Shown in pieces: positions 52,088 through 64,000 of a stretch of DNA of 64,000 nucleotides. Both the position numbers and the translations under genes were made by a program. This stretch comes from Chiloscyllium plagiosum. Taxonomy: Eukaryota. Each line of letters begins with the position of its first letter. The stretch's first letter is position 1. The stretch spans positions 69,378,401 to 69,442,400 of the forward strand of contig NC_057719.1 of assembly GCF_004010195.1 (NCBI RefSeq), read 5' to 3'. The notes below the pieces were generated by a model, which ran no database searches, was not told the DNA's origin, and was given only the letters and a program-made list of their open reading frames with translations.

Positions 52088-55000
52088 CTGATCGTGTAGC
52101 ACAACACAGCAAAATTCTACAAGTACAGAGAAAAGTCACATCAACATGCTATCCTCACAAGATCACCTAAAGTTAGAGAAATTTCTGAATTTCTCAGGAC
52201 TGAATTATTAAAATACATTATTCTTCAGACTGTCTTCAAAATAACTTATTAAAATTTACTGTACTCAAACTCCATTCCCAGAAGATATTCCTTATAGAGT
52301 GTGATTCAAAATATCAATACCTGCACCTCTGGCCCTGAGTCCAACAGACTGCGCACATGACTGATTCCCCCAAACCCTACTTCGATCTCAACATCGACTA
52401 ATGTTGGGCAAAAGAAAATCTCAGACATGTACACATAATACTGAGTGAATTAAATTCAGTAATTTTAGCAAAAATCTGACATGTATAAAAGAAAGATATT
52501 CTTCATATGTATGTTTACCTAATATTCAATGCAATACTAGACACCACCGCTATCCCTTGACACAACAGACCGAATTGCAGCTGGTTGGGCCTATTGCTTC
52601 TGCAATCATCTGCCAACCGATAGGTCAAGCTGACTGGAATGAGCTGCTCTCTCAATAGAACATTGTTATGATTCCCAGATACTGAAGTCTTGTTTTCACC
52701 AATGTTGCACACAGTTTTGGAAGATAACCAAAAGGCAATCAAGGAAGTAAAGCAAATAGTAAAAAAAACTCTCAGCCTGCTTTTGATCTCAAAAGTTTAG
52801 CTTTTGTATGTAGTGCAAGTGGTTATCATATTTCCTGCAATATGCTCATTTTGAACATTTTAAGTACTTGTCAAAAATACAACAATCCACATTGTGATTC
52901 AAAGTCTTAACTCTGAGCTTGTGGCTTAAAGATCAGTTATTATTATTTTCAAGTCTGTACAAATACAACTGCAACTCAAAACGTATAACCAATAGAAATT
53001 TAGAAAACTTTAAGTTCAGAATGGTATAAAATTAACTTTTGCTAAATAAATACATTGCTGGATTTCTAAATCCATTAGATCCATCTGAGCATTTATATTG
53101 TTTCCAATTCCAACAGATTTAAGCTTTTTTTAAAATTTGGCACTGATATGCCCTGTGGTACTCCTGAAACTGACAGACTCATCATTTCTTTAACTTTGTT
53201 AGCTTGTCACATTACTGACAAATCTTGCACCAGCACTTAATGGCAGTAGCCTTCCCAACAGTACCCCTAGGTTTCCTGAGACAAGGCAGTGGCTCCAGGC
53301 CTTTCTCATTGATAGCATGTTATGTCTAAAATCCATGTGTGGACTGAAAATGAAGTACACACTGTGCAAGTAGCATGGAACAACAAATAATTTCTCATTG
53401 TCTGAAAGCAGAAACCGTAGAGCAACTCTGCAAAGCTTCTGAATCATTAAATAGATGTGGTCAAAGAAAATTCAATTTGCAATGACCAAGAAGTTCACAT
53501 ATTCAATAGAGATCTGATTCAATACTAGGATTGGAATAAAATGTAGTCTTTCCTAGCCTAAAAACTCCTGAACATCACAAAAGGAAAATCTGCAGCTGCT
53601 GTAGACTTCTTAACGTTACACCCACGGTTGAGTACTATGCACGATAATTGAATTTTATTTTTGGATTTTGTCACTTTCTGCTCATTTTGAGTAATTTGAA
53701 TTGCAGGGTACCAGTTTGCGTAGGTGTCGTGAATAGCATTTTGCAACATATTAACACCATTGTCCCACAGATTAGAAGTTCTATTCCAAAAGCTGACAGA
53801 ACAGTAAAGCACAGGATTCAAAATAAATGTCGAATTTCTCAAAAGCCAAGAACATTATATATTTCCAGAAGAAATATTGCCTTTGTTAATTTGCCCGAAT
53901 CTATGTCATTCTATTCAATTTCTTATAATGGTCTTCATAGTCTGCAGACAGGTTGGAAGAGTTACTCAGTTCAACAAATGTGAGGAAATTGAACTAATAA
54001 TAAAAGGCACAGCAATTTAACCTAAGATGCTTTCAAATATTTACTATTTGCTCCTACTCCTTACAGCTGTAGATTTGACTAATTCTAATTCAGATTCCAG
54101 GAGATCAGAATTGGTGAATTACCTCTCATTACAGCTTTCTTCAACATTTTAGACCACCCCAAAAAAGCTGGAACCATGAAACTCTAACTAGGATGAAAAA
54201 GAGCTGAATTTAGTAAACAGTGGGAGCCAGCTTCTGTTAATAGGTTAATTATGTTAGCATCACAGACTAACATCCATAGTCCACCAACATTTATATGGGT
54301 AGTGCTGGCTAAACCAGGCAACCGGAGATGGCATACCCTGATAATTAAACAAACACACAGAAATAATAAAAAAGAAATATCATAGACCCATACAGTTATG
54401 CAGCATGGAAACAAACCCTTTGGTCCAACTGACCAGGTATCCTGAACTGATCTAATCCCATATGCCAGCATTTGGCCTATACCACACTCAACTCATTCAT
54501 TTCATATTTAAGAACATGGTCAGTTTCATTTTCTCCCTTCCTTGCAATAGTGATTCTCAATTCAAATCTTTGATCAAGGATATGCCACTGGTGTATTTCC
54601 CATACAGATTCACATTGCCCACAATCTGAATCTAACAGTTATCCAAGTATTCTGATATTAACAGGCATCAAAACTCCAAAAGGAGTCTGATTTTTTTTTG
54701 CATAGTCCCTGATCACCACAAAGCTCAGCAATACCAACAAGGAACATGTTGGTCCTTGCATTGGAGTTTCAAGGTCATTTTAAAATGAAATTCCATGAGT
54801 CAGACCATAGTGACGATTAAGACTAATAGAAATAAAAGGGAAAAATGGATAAGTTAGAAACTTCATTAATTTATGCATTGATCTGCATCATTTAATGGTT
54901 TCACAGTAAACATCCCAGTGTAGCAGATAGTGTAGTCCTTATTGGAATCAGTGCAAACTTATACATTCCAGGTTTATTGCATTTTCATGAATTTCATCCA

Positions 55001-55982
55001 GTCCCTATCCGTCACCACCCTCTCTACCCAAATGCACTTATTCTCACTTTCAACAAGCTCTCCTTCAACTCCACACACTTCGTTTAAATAAAAATGATTG
55101 AGGAAACTTGCAGGAGACTATGTCCACATTTTTCATGGATACATGGAGCATTCGTTGCACCTCTCTTACCTGGGTTATTTCCTTACCCTTTCCCACACCA
55201 CTACTGCCATTGCTCTCACCGCAAACTAAGTACCAGCTCTGATCCCGTTTTTTTTTAAGTTTCCCTTATTTTCACATGCTTCAACTTTAATTACTACTTT
55301 CTTCTGCTCCTCTATTGCCACTTTTGGAGCTAAACTGTCAACCAATATCAGCATCTTCAATAGTCAATTTAATTACTGCTTTCCGTTGCTTCTTGGAAAG
55401 AAAGTTTAAGATTTTCCCAGTTTCTCTGTCACATCTATTCCATGCAACATTCAAACCAGTGCTTTGTGCCTTCCGGTTACCTCAACCCCACTACTGTGAT
55501 TGACAATGCACTTGGTTATTCCCATCCTGTGTTGCATGCCGCACTTTCTCCCTTCCCCTTGTTCTCAACTTCCACCGAAGAGACTGGGTTTTCAATGCAT
55601 CAGTCTCAACTGTTCCACCAAAAACTACTTTCCCTGTTTTCCTATCAGAATTTTAAAGTAACATCCTCCATCACAGTGTCTACTTTGCCAACACTCGCTC
55701 CCCTTGCAAGCACAGAAGATGCCTGCCTTACAGACAAAGCCCCAAACATACTGCACCAAAGAGAGATCAGTAGAAATTATTTGGATTTTTATCTGATTAC
55801 CATATTTCCTGCTCAAATTACAATCTCTTACAATATTGAAGTCTTTTTTTTGGTTGATTGCTCTGGTGAACATAGCCATTCATCTTTGTAAGTGCGATCC
55901 TGAGCTTCTGATCACCTGTAATTTTCATTCATTCTATTTGCTCTGACTTTTGTCCTCTGCTCCCTGCCATGTTTCAACATTG

Positions 55983-56945
55983 CCATGGAAACAGACTCTT
56001 CAATCCAACGGGTCCTCGCGAACCAAGTTTCCCAAACTAAACTAGTCCCATTTGACTGTGTTTGGCCCATATCCCTCCAAACATCTTCTATTCATGTACT
56101 TGTCCAAATGTCTTTTAAATGTTGTGACTGTACCTGCATCTACCAGTTCCTCTGGCAGTTCATTCCACATATGAAAATGCTGCCCCTCAGGTACCTTTTG
56201 AAACTCTCTCCTCTCACCTTAAAATATGCCTTCCAGTTCTAAACTCCCCTATCCTGGGGAAAAAGTCCTGTGCTATTCACCTTATCTATGCCCCTGTCAT
56301 GATTTTACAAAACTCTTAGAGGTTAATCTCCTATGCTCCAGTGAAAAAAATCTATCCATTTTCTTCTTATAGTTCAAACCCTCCAATCTTAGTAACATTG
56401 GAAATCTTTTCTGCATCCTCTCCAATTTAATGATGTCCTACCTATAGCAGGGAAACCAGAACTGTACAGTTCTCTTTAAAGAAAGGCCTTACCAACATCC
56501 TTTACAGCTGCAACATAACATCCAAACTCCTATACTCAGTATTCTGAGCAATAAAGGCAAGCGCACCAAACGTTTCTTTACCCCCTCAGTCTACTTGTGA
56601 CACAGCCTTCAAAGAATTATGTACCTGAACCCCAAGGTCTCTGTTTGACAACAGCCCCTAGGGCCCTACCATTAAGCACATAAGATCTGCTTCTGTTAAT
56701 CTTACCAAAATGCAACACCTCGCATTTATTCAAATTAAACTCTGCCATTCCTCAGCTCATTGGCCCAACTGATCAAGATCCCTTCGGAATTTTAGATAAT
56801 CTTCTTCACCATCCACTATGCCACCAATGCTAATGTCATCCATAAACTTACTAACCATGCTTCCTAAATTCTCACACAAAACATTTCTTTAATTGACAAA
56901 CAGTGGAACCAGTACCAATCCTTGCGGAACACTACTTGTCACAGG
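55983..56945 (-). mobile_element. CR1/HER1 LINE 3' fragment
   Basis: Colinear with 6832-7480 and 37524-38450. Confidence 0.88.
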
Positions 56946-56984
56946 CATCCAATTTCTTTTTTTGTTCAAACATTCTGTTCCTTC

Positions 56985-57296
56985 TTAGAATCCCTACAGA
57001 ATCCCCTGCAGCCCAACAAGTCTACACCGACCCTCCAAAGAGTAACCCATCCAGACGCACTCTCCTATACTATTACTCCACACTTATCCCTGGCTAATGC
57101 ACTTAACCCACACATCCCTGAATACTATGGGCAATTTAGCATGGCCAATTCAACTAACCTGCATATCTTTGGACTGTGGGACTCAGACATGGGGAGAACG
57201 TGCAAACTCCACACAGACAATTGCCCGAGGCTGGAATCGAACCCAGGTTTCTGGCACTGAGGCAGAAGTGCTAACCATTGAGCCACCATGCTGCCC
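56985..57296 (-). mobile_element. HE1-type V-SINE, older subfamily
   Basis: Reverse-complement match to 45738-46072. Confidence 0.85.
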
Positions 57297-58295
57297 AAAA
57301 CAAAATTGTCCACCACACCCCTCTAGCCAACATCTTTCACAATTTAGCAACATGTAAATGCTCCTCTTGCAGTCTGCACTAAATCAATGAGAATGCATTT
57401 ACATCTGATCTTATTTTTAATAAATCTTTTATACAGGCTTTTAAGCAGCATGCAAATCATTGCATAAACCCCTCTAAGAATTTTTTTTTAAAAAAGCATT
57501 TTCATACGTAGCACATCACAGTGATCCACTGACCAAGATGGAGGAGTAGCCTGTGAAAATGGATAGCTTGCTTCACTGGAGGAAGTTAAGGCAGACTACT
57601 CACAACTTTGACAATACTGTATAGATGTAAGAGGAATGTGGCATTTAGCCTCATCATAGAGATCCAATGGACTCTTCCAACTGTACAGCCACCATTTCTG
57701 CAGGAACAGCGATCACTGATGGGCCCTGGTTCAAAGAGGCTATATCTGTTATAAAGGCTGAAGAATTGAAGTATGAAGTTGTGTAAATACATGTGGAACA
57801 TCTTTCCATCTTTTTATTTAGGCAGTTCACAACAACACAACAATTTCAGATTATAGACTCTGCTCCATTTAGTCATGCCATTAATAGTGCTGGTGCCATT
57901 TACACATTTGTAGACCCATATTTTGTTCCTTTACCCATTAAAATACCACTTTGGTCCTGCAGCAAATCCAATTTATCATTTAATCAATTTTTGCCATCAT
58001 TTGAGAGACCACCTTTTCTAATCTTTATCCTTTTAATGTTATTTTTTCCCTCTGCACATAGTTAAAGCCTGTTAAATCTTTGATTTATTCTAGTTCTGGT
58101 CAAAGATCAGTAATTTGGAAAATAAACTCTCACCTCTTCTTTGCAAATACTGTCAAGTCAATTATTTCTAGCACCTTCTGTTAATACGTCAAACTTCCAC
58201 ACATGCTATTTTGCTTTTGTATCCAATTCCAACTGTAACAGATCTTTGAGGTAGTCAGAAAAGCTGAATGGCTGTTAAAATAAGCCATGCAATTT

Positions 58296-58440
58296 GTGGA
58301 GAGAAAGCAGAGTTAATATTTTGGGTCCAGTGACCCTTCTTCAGAATTGAAGGAGTCACTGGAACAAAACATTCACTATTTATCTCTTCACAAATGCTGG
58401 CAGACATGGAGTTTGTCCAGCAATTTCAGTTGTTGATATT
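58296..58440. mobile_element. Old Penelope-like palindromic insert (family C)
   Basis: tccagtgacccttcttcagaattgaaggagtcactgga apex with decayed inverted arms. Confidence 0.6.
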
Positions 58441-59424
58441 TGTTTTCAGTTCTTCCCCATTCAATATACTGATGTCAGGCAGACCAATTGTAGTCCACCT
58501 CTCACCCCCCACCCCATCCCATACAGAATAGTTCCAAGCAGTATGCAATCAACAGTCTGAGCAATAACTCAACGGAACTGTACTGTACTTAGTATTTTGC
58601 CTACTGCAGAAGAGATCAGATCGTGCTGTGATAAACATGATGGGTACAAATCTGTTCTCTAATTTATCTTATTGTGTTTGTGCCACTTCATTTAGGTTGT
58701 TTTCATTGCACTAATAGACAAAAAGTGTTTGCACCAGGATGCTAACACTTCTAAATTGTGACGATTGCAAAATCCAAAATCCTTTTCTTATTGTGTCTTG
58801 ACTCCTGAAATAAACGAGCAATTAAAACACGTACGAATGTGACTTAACCTAGATTTTTGACCTCCAAAGTACAATAAGATTCCAGAAATGCACGAAACAC
58901 TTAACAAGAGCATTTTTAAATGGGTTGCCTTATGTAATAAGGTCTGCTTTTTCAAATAAGAAATAACTCATCAATAGTCTGGTGGTCTGGTAGGTACTGA
59001 CATTATCAGTGTGAAGGAACTGATGACCCAGGAGGGAAATCTGGGAACGTTCACATTTTAGCTGCTCTAAACTATTTGAAAAGCACAGCAATTCCAAACT
59101 GAAGTGTCAAATTAATCTAACTACATACAATGGAAAAGTACAGCACACCTCTATCAGATATACAGGTATCAACAGTGAAGGCTTAATTGGATCCAAAATC
59201 CTCCCCAATTTAAATAAGATTCCTTTCCTTTAGCAGATCAGAAAAGTTTGTACAACTGGTTTAAGTGGTTAATCTTTCATCATGATTACATGTTGACTGA
59301 GCTCAAACTGTAAAAAGCTAAGTACAATATAGTAGAAATGGCCCCAACTTCGTAAAAACACTCAGATTTGCATTTTCAAAGGATTTTATACCTGAGGGCA
59401 TTTTCCTCTGGGGGCAGAATACAG

Positions 59425-59920
59425 CTTGTTCCATGAATGCCCTGCTTTCTGCAAGAAAAAGTTACCCCATAGGTCCTTTGTAAATCTTTCGCTTTCATCT
59501 TAAACCCCTCTCACCTATGTGCTCTAGTTTTTGACTCCCCCACCCCAAGAAAAAGATCTTGACGATTCACTCTATCCACATGATTTTAGAAACCTCTAAT
59601 ACGGTTACCCCTCAGCCTGCAACGCCCACGGAATAAAGCCCCAGCCTATTCAGCCTTTGTATAAATCAAACCCTCTAGTCCCAGCAAAGTCCTTTTAAAT
59701 CTTTTCAGCACCCTCTCAAGTTTAACATCTTTCCTATAGAAGGGTGACCAGAGCTGTACACAGTATTCCAAAAGTGGCCTCACGAATGTCCGCAAAATGC
59801 CAACCCAATTCCTATACTCAATGTTCTGACCAATGAAGGCCATCTTCACCAGCATGTATACCTGCAACTCCACTTCCAAGGAACTATACACATTCACCCC
59901 TCCATCTCTTTGTTCAACAA
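59425..59920 (-). mobile_element. CR1/HER1 LINE fragment
   Basis: ORF 59646-59936 (VRPLLEYCVQLWSPFYRKDV.LERV). Confidence 0.85.
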
Positions 59921-59968
59921 CATGTAAAATAAACAAAGAAAATGCTGGACAGTCTCACTAGGCTTGGC

Positions 59969-60004
59969 ATTCCTGAAGAAGGGCATGTGCCCGAAACGTC
60001 GAAT
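59969..60004 (+). ncRNA. Minimal type I hammerhead ribozyme motif in a Penelope-like insert (59972-60061)
   Basis: AUUC-CUGAAGA-A-GGGC-AUGU-GCCC-GAAA-CGUC^GAAU: conserved core boxes, 4-bp stem I, 4-bp stem II and palindromic ACGU in place of stem III. Activity untested. Confidence 0.7.
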
Positions 60005-60199
60005 CTTCTGTTCCCTAGATGCTGCCTGACCTGCTGTGCTGTTCCAGCAATAAAGTTTCAACTTGGCATTATCTGTACACAGACAGAAAGAGAGATACTG
60101 TTTCAGATGAAAGGTCACAGACATGAAATGTTAACTCTGCTTTCTCCACATAGATGATGCCTATTATGATTCTCTAGCACATTGTTTTATGATAATTTG

Positions 60200-60945
60200 T
60201 CTCATTAGAAGAATTGAGTAACTGCATCAATGAAAAGTTCACAATATCTCCCCATGTCTGCGTGGGGAGGTGCATCAAGACCAGAGTGTCCTTGTGTATA
60301 CCAGTCAAGGAAAGCAAGCACGCAGGCAATGAAAGCAACAAATGGTACATTAGCTTCCATAGCAAGAGGATTAGAGTAAAAGAGAAGGAATTTCTCGCTG
60401 CAGGAGTACAGGCCTTGGTGAGATGACACATTGAATATTGTGTGCAGTTTTGGTCTCCTTTGTAAAAGGAGGATGTTCTGGCTATGCAGGGGTGCAACAA
60501 AAGGTCTACCAGGATGATTCCTGGAATGGCAGGAATGATGTACGAGGACAGATTGGATTGTTTAGAAGAATGGGGGGGTGGGAGGGTTGAGGGTTTCTCA
60601 TAGAAACCTATAAAATTCTAACAAGATGAGACAGGATAAAACATAGGATGTTCTGGATGACTGGGGTGTCCAGAACCAGGGTCACAGACTAAGGATATAG
60701 GAAAGGCATTCAGGACTGGAATGAGGAGAAATTCTCATCCACAGAAAGGAGTTAGGAGACGACTGAATATATTCAAGTAGTTCTGTATGGCCCTAGGGAC
60801 AAAAGGAAAAGGGTATAAGGAGAAAGCAGGAAAAGGGTGCCAAGTTGGATGATTAACCATGATCACGATAAAAACATGGCAATGGTTGAGCAAACTAAAA
60901 AAGGGCCACATGGCCTACTCCTGTTCCTACTTTGTGTTTTTATGG
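60200..60945 (+). mobile_element. CR1/HER1 LINE 3' fragment
   Basis: gaatattgtgtgcagttttggtctcct (EYCVQFWSP) and a CR1-type 3' UTR. Confidence 0.85.
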
Positions 60946-61544
60946 TTAAGTGGGCAGCCACAGTTTAAAACATTCAATATGACCATCCAAAATAAGTTGT
61001 GTGCTTGCAATGAAGAATACTTTTTAGAATTAGCTTTCTTCAAAAAATGTTCATAATAATAATTCAATTGTCATGTTCCAAACATTCAAAATCCATACAA
61101 CTTTCAGAAATCACTTCTATGTTTTCTTGAAATGAAAACAAGTCATGCTACAGATTGCATCACTACTGAAAAAGTCTGACATGAGCTGTCTCCAGCCTAG
61201 AACTCCAAATTTGAAAGTAAACTTGTAAAAGACCCTTCCAGCTCATTTCTGTGCAAGATAAAAACCATTTTTAAAAAAGGAAAGCACAAGTTCCCTCTAT
61301 TAAAAATGCAAAAGAATAATATCTCACCAATAATCTCAATGTTAAAATGTGGTCAGCCTCTAAACTGCTACCACATTAAAAAAATTCATTGCATTGTTAG
61401 CATTGTTAAGTCATCCAATATTGGGAAGATATCAATTAGATTAATATTTCCCAGAAATATCTTTACTCGATTGTCCAGGAAAAAAAAATTCTTCCAAATT
61501 ATAAATGTTGGCCTAGCTAGCGACACACACACTCCATGAATGAA

Positions 61545-61705
61545 TAAAGGTAATGACATCACCACCCCAAAGAAACCTAAATATATAAACAGAAAGCAGG
61601 ATTTATCAGCAGTGCTTCGCCCGCGGCCCACTGAAGGTGTTACCTCGTAGGGTGACGAAATGTGCGGAAATGAACCTTCCAGCTCAGCGAGCAAACCTAC
61701 ATCCA
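61545..61705 (+). mobile_element. Family B Penelope pLTR fragment
   Basis: Matches 43290-43453 (gtgcttcgcc...actga...gttacct.gta.ggtgacgaaa...aaccttccagctcagc.agcaaacctacatc). Confidence 0.85.
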
Positions 61706-62859
61706 TAAATAAAACTGCCTTCTGGCATTAATATTTGCGGCAAAAAACAATTCATTTTGCAGAGGTATCGATGTTTCAAATTACATTTAAAGCAATCTTT
61801 CTGACAAGAGTACCATGCGATTCTAATCAAAAATCAGCAATTTTAATCATTCATCAAATGGCTGACAGAACAGAGCTCATTCTCCTGATTCTGTCAGAGT
61901 AACTTAGTGGTCAACATTTATTTTAGCCATTCCAGTTTCTACCCTTGAAACACATTTCCTTCAAATGAATATGACTTACAAGTAGCAGTGCACAGTATAG
62001 TATAAAATATAAATAGCATATGACGACTCAATTTGGAGACTTCAGTAGATAGCGATGAAAATTGCACATCATGTCTTTCCAAATTCTAATATGAAGGGCA
62101 CCTATTCTACTTGAGTCAGTGCACCTTATACCTGTACAACAAAGCAGCATAATGTGACAGAATAAGAAACCAGTGTACCAAGCAAATTGATTATTGGGTG
62201 GGCAACTGAAACGATTGTTGGGACTTTGCTTATAAAAAAAAATTGGTCCTGACTTTGGTTCAAGTCATGCCATACTGGTACATTTTGCTGCTATAAGAAT
62301 CAAATTGCTCTGTGGTGCGGTCATGAGGTTACAAACAAATTTGGAATGATCACTAACTCTACAAACTTTTTGTTTATTCCTTACAAGGCAAACAGACCCT
62401 GGGTACTCAGCTGAGAGTAGCTTACCTTCAGGTCCAGAAAAGCTTTGATTATCAGATTCACAATTCACTTGGACTTGTGCAGCTATAACAACACTCAGTC
62501 ACCCAGTGTAGAGAGGTTTGCTCGGTTTGCCTCATCACTAGATCTGACAGTGCAACATATCTGTAATGCTTAGTCTACATATGCACTGCCTAAGTTTAAA
62601 CTAAGCTTACCCTAACAGTATCTCCTTCTTTACTTCTATCTCTAGGAACAAAAAAACAACAACTTTGGGTCATCACTTCCATGCTTTCCACAGGAAGTCA
62701 GCTTGAACATGCATTGTTATTGCTTCATCAGTTGGTTCTAAATTTTGGGATTTCCTACCAATGGTGGAAGCACCATTCACAAAATAATCAAACCGTGATT
62801 GTAACGTGTAGTTTAAAATTAATTTATAAAGATTCAATTCAGAAGAAAATAACCAGAAT

Positions 62860-63171
62860 GGGCAGCACGGTGGTACAGTGGTTAGCACTGCTGCCTCGCA
62901 GCGCCAGAGACCCGGGTTCAATTCCCGCCTCAGGCGACTGACTGTGTGGAGTTTGCACGTTCTCCCCGTGTCTGCGTGGGTTTCCTCTGGGTGCTCCGGT
63001 TTCCTCCCACAGTCCAAAGATGTGCAAGTCAGGTGAATTGACCATGCTAAATTGCCCGTAGTGTTAGGTAAAGGGGTAAATGTAGGGGTATGGGTGGGTT
63101 ACGCTTCGGTGGGTCGGTGTGGACTTGTTGGGCCGAAGGGCCTGTTTCCACACTAAGTAATCTAATCTAAT
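62860..63171 (+). mobile_element. HE1-type V-SINE, young full-length copy
   Basis: A box TGGTACAGTGG (62871-62881), B box GGTTCAATTCC (62915-62925), V-domain, GGCCGAAGGGCC stem-loop and (aatct)n tail. Confidence 0.95.
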
Positions 63172-64000
63172 AAATACAAAGAGGCAATATTTTGTGCTCT
63201 TTATCATAACTGATATACTTTACAGGAAAAAGGTTTGTATGCAAGTGTCAAATTTCAAATAGGTTGAAGCAAAATGGTTTTATATTCTTTATAGTTGAAA
63301 CGTTCAGTAATGTGTATTACTTAGGTTTACCAAATATGGAACAATTATTGGAAATAGTATTGGAGAGCTGCTTGTAATCATTCAATTGCATTAGTTAGCA
63401 TTTTAAGTGAAGCAAGAGGAAAATGTCATTAGAAAAAGGGAGAATTCTACCTACTCAGAATCAAGAATTCAGCAAGGGTAAATCAGGAAATTACAGAATA
63501 AACTCATTCAATTCATTGTGAGCTACACTTAATAGCATTTTCCACCTGACAACAGTACAAACAGAGGCAGAGGAAAAGCAGGCTGCAAGGATATACTATT
63601 TTTCTCTGGTGCACGTCAAACTTAGTTTTATTATTTTCATGCCCCCTCTAACCTGTGGATTGCACAAAACTCCAAAAGGTGAAATAATTGTCAGTTTGTG
63701 CTACTGAGAAAGACAAGCAAGAATGTCCAAAGCTGTAAAAGGCATCATCAAAAGGAAATATCATTCATACACTCGTACTGTGTAACAAAACAGAACTGTT
63801 AAAGCACACAGTTGTAACATAACCCACAATTTAGATTTCCAATATGCATTCACAAGGCAGTTAGTTTCTTGTCAACTTAGTCTAATTATAGCAGAAACAC
63901 AATGGCAAAAAAAAAAGCAAGTCCAGCATGGTGTCTTCACGCAATCAAACACTAAAACAGCAGTCACCTCTGTTCTTAACCTGCTACACTCCAAAGCACA

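Noticed and set aside
53558..53983. Overlapping 94-aa and 111-aa ORFs in non-repeat DNA
   Set aside because: No recognisable domain or convincing splice signals; lengths are within chance expectation.
1..60945. More CR1 fragments on the minus (gene-sense) strand than on plus
   Set aside because: Roughly 11 versus 6 by eye; too few and too fragmentary to call a bias.
62265..62468. AEYPGSVCLV as a candidate for the first coding STXBP6 exon (GEYLTYICLS)
   Set aside because: No upstream KRRTKKKIPFL-like sequence; chance similarity.
62860..62935. tRNA gene (also heads at 13265-13337, 24160-24234, 45738-45810, 11150-11240)
   Set aside because: A/B boxes continue into SINE bodies or are decayed; these are SINE heads, not tRNAs.

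Overview
Eukaryotic, AT-rich, repeat-dense vertebrate DNA. The HE1-type V-SINEs and HER1/CR1 LINEs point to an elasmobranch, probably a shark (inferred from repeat content only). The window appears to be almost entirely intronic sequence of a minus-strand STXBP6 (amisyn) gene. Only two internal coding exons are visible, 27562-27692 (131 nt) and 24439-24604 (166 nt), both with canonical AG/GT ends. I did not find the start-codon exon or the C-terminal SNARE-motif exons, which presumably lie outside the window. The rest is decayed retroelements (many CR1/HER1 fragments, a second CR1/L2-like LINE, six HE1 SINEs, at least four Penelope-like families), two TA-flanked MITE-like inverted repeats, two possible solo LTRs and a 500-N gap. 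Four non-coding signals stand out. (1) Short Penelope-derived inserts, often ~200-bp palindromes with their own target-site duplications, consistently start or fold at a minimal hammerhead ribozyme motif; the best-preserved copy is at 59969-60004. (2) A 427-bp foldback at 32540-32966 is unique in the window. (3) A 52-bp templated copy of nearby DNA sits at the 5' junction of a young SINE. (4) The exon pair totals 297 nt, is phase-symmetric, and would give a stop-free circular ORF if back-spliced. Almost all ORFs in the supplied track are repeat debris or chance. Repeat boundaries are by-eye estimates.
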